Below are positions 56,460 to 64,000 of a DNA stretch of 64,000 nt, piece by piece; within the stretch, counting starts at the first letter, position 1, and each line of letters opens with the position of its first letter. The DNA lies in the NCBI GenBank assembly GCA_041650715.1, contig JBAZKQ010000001.1:587146-651145 (forward strand). Direction: 5' to 3'. The position numbers and the translations under genes were made by a program. The DNA comes from Patescibacteria group bacterium. Its GTDB lineage: Bacteria; Patescibacteriota; Patescibacteriia; Patescibacteriales; UBA12465. The notes beneath the pieces were generated by a model. It did not search any database. It worked only from the letters and a program-made list of their open reading frames with translations, and was not told where the DNA came from.

Positions 56460-59400
56460 TTATTTGCAGCACGTTATCTTCTTTATTGTATCACAACTAC
56501 TGAGAGATCCGCGACCCCCACCGGCGGAAGCGAATATCCAAAAATGTCCTAATTTACTATTGGTGCTATCAACCCAGCCGCCGCAATCATCCGCCGAGAC
56601 AACCCCTGTATATCCTGGGGGCCCATCCGCAATCCAGGCATCCTGGCCATTGATAGAACTAAAGCCGGCCGAACCGTTAGCCTGAATCAAATAAATAATT
56701 TCATCTGTCCGGCAGAAATGGCTACCGGTCGAAACCGCGTTACAAATTTTATTGCCTGCATCGTAGCCGACATAGCCGCCTGTATAGGTTAAGCTGCCAC
56801 CGGAGCTTGAACTCGTCAAGAAAATTGAAGTGACTGCTGTGCTCGTCGAAATTGTGCTCGTGGCGGCCGCTATCAAACTTTTAACATAACCGGTATTGGC
56901 CAGTGCGTAATCATCCGTATTTAAATAAGTGCTTGTAAAATTATGGCCCGTATTGAGAGAGCCAGCGAGTGCAGCCAGACCGCCATTACCAATCGAGAAT
57001 ATATCATTCGGAGCGGTTGTACCGATACCGACATAATTCGTACTATTATCAATCGTGATACCGCTACCATATAATAGGAGAGAATTTTGATAATCATAAA
57101 CCGCTAAACGGGTGTCGCCTAAAGCATCATATAAACCGAATTCTTCCCCGGAAAAAGTAGCGCCGTTACCGAGATAACCGGAGTAAAGTCCGCCGTTTAG
57201 TTTACTGGTAAATAGAGCAACCGGCCCTTGCGGCGTTTCAACATGGAGGCGGACAGTCGTTGAAACTCCCCCGCCGATACTGACGCTGCCGTTCGATTGT
57301 AAACGCATGACTTCGGTATTGTTAACTATAAACGGGAGCGGATGGTCGGTAAGGGTACCGAAAAGTTCAGTACGCGTGACATTATTTCCGCCCTTAATCC
57401 AAGCAATACTACTGGTCGCGGTGTCGATTAAGGTTTTGACCATTCCGTAATTAACCAAAGCATAGTCATCCGAACTTAAATAGGTATTCGTGAAGTTATG
57501 CCCGGTATTGGATGATCCGCCTGGAGCAGAGTCGCCATTATTACCAATTGAGAATATATCATTCGGAGCGGTTGTACCGATACCGACATAGTTTAAATTA
57601 TTATCGATTGCGAGTGCGCCACCATATAATAAGAGTGAGTTTTGATAATCATAAACCGCTAAACGGGTATCACTCAAAGAATCATATAAACCAAATTCTT
57701 CGCCGGAGAAGGTGGCGCCGTTACCAATATACCCAGAGTAAAGTCCACCGTTTAATTTGCTGGTAAATAGAGCAACCGGTCCTTGCGGCGTTTCAACGTG
57801 TAAACGAACCGTGGTAGATGTTCCTCCGCCCAAGCTGAGACTGCCGTTGGCCTGGAGGCGCATAACCTCATTATTATTAACAATAAATGGAATGGGATAA
57901 TTAGTGTGGGTCCCGAAAGTTTCCGTTTGGGAAACATTATTTCCGCCCTTAATCCAAGCATTACTAATAGAGGTCTCAATACTGCTGGTCGCGATTGCGA
58001 GCACGGAGTTTACATAACCGACGTTGGTCAGAGCGTAATCATCGGAGGACAAATATGTGCTGGTGAAATTATGGCCAGTATTGCCCGACCCAGCAGGAGC
58101 TGCGCCAGCATTGCCGATAGAAAATATGTCGTTTGGCTCGGTCGTGCCGATGCCGACGTTGCCAAATTTTCCTAAAATATCAAGGCCATCACCAGTCGTG
58201 TAGAGTATTCTTCCCCATTCATGATCAGTTGCTCCATATTTAACTAAAGCCTCTCCGCCACCTACTCCATATGAACCCAATCTACCAGGATAACCAGCTG
58301 ATAAATTTTCATCCGAAAGAACAAAGTCCATCCCCTGCCCGACACCGGAATTATATAAACTAAGAATATTATAGCTATTTGCTTCTACCGATAGAGGGGC
58401 GGTAGGATTCGTCGTCCCAATCCCGACATTGCCACTTAATATATTTAAAGTATTATCTCCGTATCCAAATACTCCGGAGGTATCGGAATAATTAGCCATG
58501 TTTCCGCCTGGGGTATTAATAAAAGTATTTCCGTCTACATCGGAAAGAGTAAGAGTGTAAGCACTTATACCTCCGGCTACGCCCAATTTATTTCCTGGAG
58601 CAGTTGTTCCGATACCGACATTATTGGCGCTATTTAAATTCCAAATATTTCCGCCGGTTGATCCGCCCCAAAGAGCCGCACCGCTTGTGGCTGTTCCGAT
58701 CATCGTTTTCACTAAACCATAGTTAGCTAAAGCGTAATCATCAGAGCTTAAATATGTGTTTGTAAAATTATGCCCAGTGTTTCCTGAACCGGCCGGAGCC
58801 GAACCCGCGTTACCGATAGAAAATATATCATTCGGAACGGTGGTGCCGATACCGACGTTAGCGTCCGATTTTATAAATAAAGCGCTTGTCCCCGGGTTGC
58901 CAGAGCCCGTCGTATTATTAACTCTAAAATTATGTTCAAGCGCTGTATACCTAAGAGCTGGGCGAATCCCTCCCCAAGTATTTGCTGCGATAGAAAAAGT
59001 TCCTAAATCAATAATATCCGTGGTCCCCCAGCCAACAGATGGTGATCTTTGAGGAGTACCGATAGCTAAAGATTTATGTGTACCCCCAGCAAAACCATCC
59101 TCTCCAAAAATTGGAGCACCCAATATTGTTTCATCTCCGCGGAAAAAAATATTTCCTGGAACGCCCCAGCCATGAACCCAAGAAGATGGGCCAATGCCCA
59201 TCGCCTGAAAGGCTCCACCAAGAGTGCTACCACGAGCCGTTAAAACTCTAGACTCCCCCTCTGAAGAATTAACATACAGGGTCATTGTCTTATAATTATC
59301 AGCATAAGCTCTAATATTAAAATAATTTGAAGAATTTAGTTCACTTCTAAAAATACTATTACCATTTACATCTAACTTTGCAATTGGTGTTGTCGTCCCA

Positions 59401-61262
59401 ATTCCGACATTATTGGCTGTATTTAAATTCCAAATATTTCCACCCGTTGTGCCGCCCCAAAGAGCCGCGCCGCTTGTGGCTGTTCCGATCATTGTTTTCA
59501 CTAAACCATAATTAGCTAAAGCGTAATCATCAGAGCTTAAATATGTGTTCGTAAAATTATGACCTGTACTGCCCGAACCAGCCGGAGCCGCACCGGCGTT
59601 GCCTATGGACAATAAATCATTCGGAGCGGTTGTACCGATGCCAACGTTGCCGGCGTTTGTCAGGACAAAAGGTGTTTTATAAGCCGTACCATCATAATAA
59701 ATATATTTCCAACCCTTCCATTGGCTTGGAGCTATATAACTATTACTGCTATTTTTTTCCATTACTGTCTGAGTTATCCAACCTTGGTCTCCGGAATTGC
59801 CATTAAAATTTCCTACTTGCCAGGCAAAAATTGCTCGATTTCCAGTCGAGCCTATTTTACTATCCGCAGTAATCAATCCTCGATTATCTGTCGATGTGTC
59901 ATTAAAACTAAATCCGGTAATAGCATTAACTGGTAAATTTATATTAAAAAGAGTTGAATATGCTGCTAACCCCGTGCCGTCAAGACTTAATTTTGCCCCC
60001 GGATTAGTCGTCCCAATCCCGACATTGCCTAAATCGTCAATTCTCATCTTTTCCGAAGCATTGTTTTTGAATATGATATTTGAATATGTTGCGTTTGAGT
60101 TGTTATCGCTATCACCTTCTAAAATTAAATTTCCAATAGACTGGGCTGCAAACTGTGTCGTTGAATTTCCATCCAAAATACCGATACCCCCCATATACAA
60201 TTTTCCATTATTTGTAGTCCCAATACGTGTGCTAGTGGCAACATCTAAAGTATACAAAGGATTAGTCGTCCCAATTCCGACGTTGCCATTCTGAAGTCTC
60301 ATAACTTCTGAAAATGATGACCCCTTTGTCCAAAATGCTGTATCAATATTACTACCACCAGAAGAAGTAGGAAAACGTATAGCTGCATAATTTGTAGCAG
60401 TTCCCGTATTCATAAAATCAATAGAGGGAACAGTTGCCGAGTTACCATTATACCCCCCATGAATCCGCATAATTGAAACTGTCTGTCCTGCAGTAAGTTG
60501 ACCCGCATCTACATCCAATTTAGCTGCCGGTGTTATCGTCCCAATCCCCACATTCCCCGCCCCCGCCGCACCATTCCAAATATTTCCGTCATATGTTCCG
60601 CCCCATAAAGATAGAATTGATCCGGTGGCCGAGCCAATCATTGTCTTAACCAAGCCATAATTAGCCAAAGCATAATCATCGGATGATAAATATGTGCTGG
60701 TAAAGTTATGGCCAGTGTTGGCTGATCCGGCCGGAGCGACACCGGCATTGCCGATGGAAAAAATATCATTAACGGCCGTTGTCCCAATACCGACTCCCTT
60801 ATTAGTTATCCCTCCGAGGCCGTTAGACTGAGCAATAATAGACATGATATTTTCTCCGTCCAATTTAAATACATAGGCTTCCGGGGTACCATTAAGCGCG
60901 GCTGAGGTAACCGGCATATCGACAAAAGTTACCAAGCCGGAGTCCGGACTAAATTCAAAGCTCCCGATATTAAGCGGCGCGCCGACCTCGATTTGATCGT
61001 TGGCGTTAACTTTAAACATATTAACAACGCCTGTGCCCGCCGCGTTATTCGCGGAAATCCAACCATTATTTAATATCTGGAAAAGAGCTGTTGGATTCGT
61101 CATGCCGATGCCGACGTTTCCGTTCGTGCCGTTAACCGTAAAATAAGGCTGATTAATATTGGCCGCGTTATAAATGGTGAAATTCTTCGCTGCGGCAACT
61201 GAAAAAGACAGCAGTGAGCCGATTATTACCATCAATATTATTTTGTTGCCTTGATATTTCAT
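56460..61262 (-). CDS. giant secreted tail-fibre-like repeat protein (1600 aa)
   Basis: Signal peptide. At least 6 copies of the module. An internal ~190-aa tandem duplication. C-terminal domain ending ...ITCCK, homologous to the C-terminus of the 2196-aa protein. Confidence 0.7.
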   Translation of the reverse strand: MKYQGNKIILMVIIGSLLSFSVAAAKNFTIYNAANINQPYFTVNGTNGNVGIGMTNPTALFQILNNGWISANNAAGTGVVNMFKVNANDQIEVGAPLNIGSFEFSPDSGLVTFVDMPVTSAALNGTPEAYVFKLDGENIMSIIAQSNGLGGITNKGVGIGTTAVNDIFSIGNAGVAPAGSANTGHNFTSTYLSSDDYALANYGLVKTMIGSATGSILSLWGGTYDGNIWNGAAGAGNVGIGTITPAAKLDVDAGQLTAGQTVSIMRIHGGYNGNSATVPSIDFMNTGTATNYAAIRFPTSSGGSNIDTAFWTKGSSFSEVMRLQNGNVGIGTTNPLYTLDVATSTRIGTTNNGKLYMGGIGILDGNSTTQFAAQSIGNLILEGDSDNNSNATYSNIIFKNNASEKMRIDDLGNVGIGTTNPGAKLSLDGTGLAAYSTLFNINLPVNAITGFSFNDTSTDNRGLITADSKIGSTGNRAIFAWQVGNFNGNSGDQGWITQTVMEKNSSNSYIAPSQWKGWKYIYYDGTAYKTPFVLTNAGNVGIGTTAPNDLLSIGNAGAAPAGSGSTGHNFTNTYLSSDDYALANYGLVKTMIGTATSGAALWGGTTGGNIWNLNTANNVGIGTTTPIAKLDVNGNSIFRSELNSSNYFNIRAYADNYKTMTLYVNSSEGESRVLTARGSTLGGAFQAMGIGPSSWVHGWGVPGNIFFRGDETILGAPIFGEDGFAGGTHKSLAIGTPQRSPSVGWGTTDIIDLGTFSIAANTWGGIRPALRYTALEHNFRVNNTTGSGNPGTSALFIKSDANVGIGTTVPNDIFSIGNAGSAPAGSGNTGHNFTNTYLSSDDYALANYGLVKTMIGTATSGAALWGGSTGGNIWNLNSANNVGIGTTAPGNKLGVAGGISAYTLTLSDVDGNTFINTPGGNMANYSDTSGVFGYGDNTLNILSGNVGIGTTNPTAPLSVEANSYNILSLYNSGVGQGMDFVLSDENLSAGYPGRLGSYGVGGGEALVKYGATDHEWGRILYTTGDGLDILGKFGNVGIGTTEPNDIFSIGNAGAAPAGSGNTGHNFTSTYLSSDDYALTNVGYVNSVLAIATSSIETSISNAWIKGGNNVSQTETFGTHTNYPIPFIVNNNEVMRLQANGSLSLGGGTSTTVRLHVETPQGPVALFTSKLNGGLYSGYIGNGATFSGEEFGLYDSLSDTRLAVYDYQNSLLLYGGALAIDNNLNYVGIGTTAPNDIFSIGNNGDSAPGGSSNTGHNFTNTYLSSDDYALVNYGMVKTLIDTATSSIAWIKGGNNVTRTELFGTLTDHPLPFIVNNTEVMRLQSNGSVSIGGGVSTTVRLHVETPQGPVALFTSKLNGGLYSGYLGNGATFSGEEFGLYDALGDTRLAVYDYQNSLLLYGSGITIDNSTNYVGIGTTAPNDIFSIGNGGLAALAGSLNTGHNFTSTYLNTDDYALANTGYVKSLIAAATSTISTSTAVTSIFLTSSSSGGSLTYTGGYVGYDAGNKICNAVSTGSHFCRTDEIIYLIQANGSAGFSSINGQDAWIADGPPGYTGVVSADDCGGWVDSTNSKLGHFWIFASAGGGRGSLSSCDTIKKITCCK

Positions 61263-61333
61263 TGCGCTTTTTACTTCTATATTATATCACAGAAAATTGA
61301 TTTTTTTGTTTTGTCTACCGACTTTTATTTTTC

Positions 61334-63874
61334 CTATCGGCCTTTATCGTACAGCGACTGAACTTCGGCGGCGGAAAGTGCGCGATCATAAATGCGCAAA
61401 CTGGAAATCGAACCTAAAAAATAATCTGACATAGTCGTTCTACCCACATAAACATTATCTCCGCTTACTGCAATCGGGTATTTGGCCGGCGTCCCCGGCT
61501 GTCCGTTAACATAAAATGTACCATTTGAATTGGCGACATAAACCCAATCGCTGCTGGTCCCCTCGGCGTACCAAAAAGAATAACTTACTTTATTCCCCGG
61601 CACAGTAATTTTAATATTATTGCCATAGCTATCATAGCCGTTGAGTAAATCCTGAACGGAGGGTTCAGTGCCGTCGACGACATCAAAGCGAGGGTAAACC
61701 GTATAATGCACTATATTTGCATCATTCCCTTGATAGACAGCAAGTGTTCTGCCTCTGGCCGTAGTTGTTTCCGGTGCCCACTTAAAATCGACGGTTGTAT
61801 TTGCAAAAAAACCGCTCGTTTTATAAACTCCGGAATCGGGATGACGGGTCGTGCCGGTATAAGTATACGGAAAAACATGAGCAACCACTAAAACCCATTG
61901 CCCGACCGGTAACTGCGCCTCTGAAGGGACTGTATTTGTGCTCCAAAAATAAGGATTCGTATTATAAGTGCCCGCGGCCAAATTTATCACCCCACTGACC
62001 GAACCATAACCGTTTAACCCCGCATAATAACGTGCCGAGGTCGCACCGGCATTAGTCACTCTTTTTTCCCACCAAGACATACGATAGAGTTTTGTATTAT
62101 CAATCGGTATCGCACTATTATATATCCCCCCTGTAATGCCACTCTTCCAAACCGGAACTTCTCTACCCCAAGGGTCGGCGGCAATAACGCGACTATTTGC
62201 AGCTCCGTAAAGAGCGAAGGTGCCGATAGAACCCGTCTGTCCGTCTTTCCAGACGCGATAATTTAAGGTTAAATTTTCTAAATTATCTGCGGATAGAGTT
62301 GTGGCGTCTTCGGTAAAATTTGCGCCATAATTAATTCCACTATTTTCATAAGGTGTTTTATCCGCGACCTTACCCGTGGTGGCGCTATAATTATCACTAT
62401 CGAGCGGCCAATAGCCGAGCAGACCTTTCTGCAAAGAATCGGAAACAACTTTTGGTCTATTAGAATTATAAAGAGCGCTAACTTCATCTAAAGAAAGGGC
62501 GCGGTTATAAATGCGAACATCGCTAATGGCGGCCATTCCCCATTGCGCAGGAGAGGTTCCATTCCCCCAAGCGCCTATCCCAAAATTTGAATTATCGCAA
62601 GCAGTCGCCGGAACGGTTAAAGTAGAAATAACCTGTCCGCCGTTACCAATAATTGTTTCCGTTGTACCTTGTCTCATGATAACGATGTGATTCCATTGTC
62701 CATCTGGCAAGGTGACAAAAACTCCATATGGAGCGCTGGCTTGTTTTATGCCTCCGCCCCATGAATTTGCCACACTACTATTTCTTCCTAACCAAAAACA
62801 ATTAGTAAAATTTTTATCGGCCAATCTTTCATAGGCCCGGATATTGCCGTCATCTTTAAACCATAAAGCAACGGTGAAGTCCGTCAATTGGTTGGTAAAA
62901 TTAGTTGAAATTCTATTGCTTCCGTCAAAACTCATCGCTCCGTCCGCTTTGCCGTTCCGATCCGTTGTCAAAGTTGCTCCGTAATTTGTGCCGTTATTTT
63001 CATATGGCGTTTTATCGGAAACTCGGTTTGAAGTCGCATCAAAATTAGCGCCGTCGAGTGGCCAATAAGCGACCAGGCCGGTTTGTGTTGAACCGACAGT
63101 TAGTTTTGGTTTAGAGGAATTATAAAGCGCTTTAACCTCGGAGGCCGACAGAGCACGATTGTATATTTTTACTGCCCCGATACTACCTCCAAAATATTGA
63201 GACACGGGGCCCCGACCGATAATGACATTCGTCGCGTTTACGGCGGGAACTATTGTTTGCGCGCCAGACGTTTTATAGATTCCATCCTGATAAAGCGTCA
63301 CTGTTGTGCCGTTCCAGGTAGCAACAATATGTGTCCATTGATCTTTTACTGTATTGGGAAAAGAGCGGCTGAGGACGCTTCCGCCGTTTCTCATACCAAT
63401 ACCAATGACATTACTGGAAAAAGCATAGATGCCCCAACCGTCGGTATCCCAGCCGGCACTCGCCCCCTTACTAACCAGGTTGGGGTACGTATTCCCCGAC
63501 CATGTGGACGGTATTTTTACCCAAATGCTTACAGTCGCTCCTGCCTGTAGATTATAAATAGAGCTATTCCCCTGATTAATATAATCCGTCGTTCCATTAA
63601 AACTCATCGCGCCTGTGCTTTTACCATAATTATCCGGGACGAAGTTGGCGGCGTTAGCCGAAACACCATTATTGCCGATGGCGTTATCAGAAAAAACTTT
63701 AGTACTGGAATTATAATTATTCTGAGATAAACTTAGATCTAAAATTAAGCCATCATTATCATCCTGATAAGCATTGCCTCCAAATAAATTAAGCCCGGAA
63801 GCACTGGCAAAATAAGCCGCACCGGCCGCAATAATAATTAATCCAAGAATGATTGTCAGTTTTTTCTTCATCAT
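61334..63874 (-). CDS. secreted protein with three LamG/concanavalin-A-like jelly-roll repeats
   Basis: Signal peptide. Three ~220-aa repeats each ending in RALSxxEVxxLYNSxxPK (LamG-like lectin/glucanase superfamily pattern). Confidence 0.6.
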   Translation of the reverse strand: MMKKKLTIILGLIIIAAGAAYFASASGLNLFGGNAYQDDNDGLILDLSLSQNNYNSSTKVFSDNAIGNNGVSANAANFVPDNYGKSTGAMSFNGTTDYINQGNSSIYNLQAGATVSIWVKIPSTWSGNTYPNLVSKGASAGWDTDGWGIYAFSSNVIGIGMRNGGSVLSRSFPNTVKDQWTHIVATWNGTTVTLYQDGIYKTSGAQTIVPAVNATNVIIGRGPVSQYFGGSIGAVKIYNRALSASEVKALYNSSKPKLTVGSTQTGLVAYWPLDGANFDATSNRVSDKTPYENNGTNYGATLTTDRNGKADGAMSFDGSNRISTNFTNQLTDFTVALWFKDDGNIRAYERLADKNFTNCFWLGRNSSVANSWGGGIKQASAPYGVFVTLPDGQWNHIVIMRQGTTETIIGNGGQVISTLTVPATACDNSNFGIGAWGNGTSPAQWGMAAISDVRIYNRALSLDEVSALYNSNRPKVVSDSLQKGLLGYWPLDSDNYSATTGKVADKTPYENSGINYGANFTEDATTLSADNLENLTLNYRVWKDGQTGSIGTFALYGAANSRVIAADPWGREVPVWKSGITGGIYNSAIPIDNTKLYRMSWWEKRVTNAGATSARYYAGLNGYGSVSGVINLAAGTYNTNPYFWSTNTVPSEAQLPVGQWVLVVAHVFPYTYTGTTRHPDSGVYKTSGFFANTTVDFKWAPETTTARGRTLAVYQGNDANIVHYTVYPRFDVVDGTEPSVQDLLNGYDSYGNNIKITVPGNKVSYSFWYAEGTSSDWVYVANSNGTFYVNGQPGTPAKYPIAVSGDNVYVGRTTMSDYFLGSISSLRIYDRALSAAEVQSLYDKGR

Positions 63875-64000
63875 ATCCCAATCATGAAATTACCGTTTGC
63901 ATCGAGCAGGATCGAACTCGAACTTGCGCTTGCCTTAAAAGTACCGACTATTTCCATTTTCTGGGTCGGTGTCGAGGTTCCAACGCCGACGTTCCCACTA
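63871..64000 (-). CDS. C-terminal end of another tail-fibre-like repeat protein (partial; N-terminus beyond window end)
   Basis: Minus-strand translation ...SGNVGVGTSTPTQKMEIVGTFKASASSSSILLDANGNFMIGI* carries the NVG(I/V)GT motif. The stop TGA overlaps the ATG of the downstream gene (ATGA). Confidence 0.5.
   Translation of the reverse strand, partial: SGNVGVGTSTPTQKMEIVGTFKASASSSSILLDANGNFMIGI

Noticed and set aside
46698-60294. Recurrent short plus-strand ORFs (e.g. ...AVVPIPTLP... at 46698, 52764, 54909, 58756, 59797) and minus-strand ORFs 49840-50178 and 55945-56214
   Set aside because: These are antisense or off-frame shadows of the repeated ~270-bp module inside the giant minus-strand genes, not independent genes.
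1-64000. CRISPR array or cas genes
   Set aside because: No short regularly spaced direct repeats were seen. The tandem repeats present are 10-bp iterons, ~330-bp ncRNA units and intragenic protein modules.
1-64000. Alternative genetic code (UGA recoding as in some CPR lineages)
   Set aside because: Long ORFs terminate cleanly with TGA, TAA and TAG (e.g. TAG at 46052; TGA overlapping ATG at 63871). Conserved proteins (LigA, GatA) are full length under the standard code.

Overview
This is a densely coding bacterial window of about 40% GC, with most genes on the minus strand. The gene content (few Shine-Dalgarno sites, a DUF1566 protein, a free-standing LAGLIDADG endonuclease, giant secreted repeat proteins, a small-genome metabolic repertoire) suggests a CPR/Patescibacteria-like organism, at low confidence.

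Positions 1-9068 hold a surface-glycan biosynthesis cluster: GT4 and GT2 glycosyltransferases, an FkbM methyltransferase, a Wzx-like flippase, and a small excisionase-family HTH gene with iteron-like repeats upstream.

Positions 9.1-31 kb hold housekeeping and stress genes. These are DedA, ABC-F, malic enzyme, an ABC-2 exporter pair, a peptidoglycan-binding secreted protein, HIT, bacteriohemerythrin, Bcp, two PadR modules (PadR + pentapeptide-repeat protein; PadR + PspC-domain protein), a DsbA-like protein, GatCA and LigA. Two tRNA-Ser genes sit here with mobile-DNA scars: triplicated tRNA 3'-end fragments, a LAGLIDADG homing endonuclease and a Bro-N pseudogene fragment.

From 31.8 kb to the window end, a long, mostly minus-strand block encodes secreted and surface proteins. 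These include a DUF1566 (Fibrobacter 'major paralogous domain') lipoprotein, a Cys-rich protein, cupredoxin paralogs, and at least five giant (846-2196 aa) tail-fibre-like proteins built from one recurring ~90-aa module. One of these carries a C-terminal intramolecular-chaperone (peptidase S74) domain.

Embedded in that array is a compact reverse-transcriptase locus. The RT gene (group-II-intron-like motifs 0-7, VGDD active site, no intron RNA) is preceded by two tandem structured non-coding units of ~250-270 nt. Each unit is flanked by a 10-bp terminal inverted repeat and shows compensatory stem changes between copies. The RT is followed by overlapping genes for a degenerate ABC-exporter-like protein and a membrane-anchored PLD-family protein. 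I consider this RT/ncRNA/ABC-like/PLD locus the best candidate for an undescribed system in the window. The modular, recombining giant-protein array is second.
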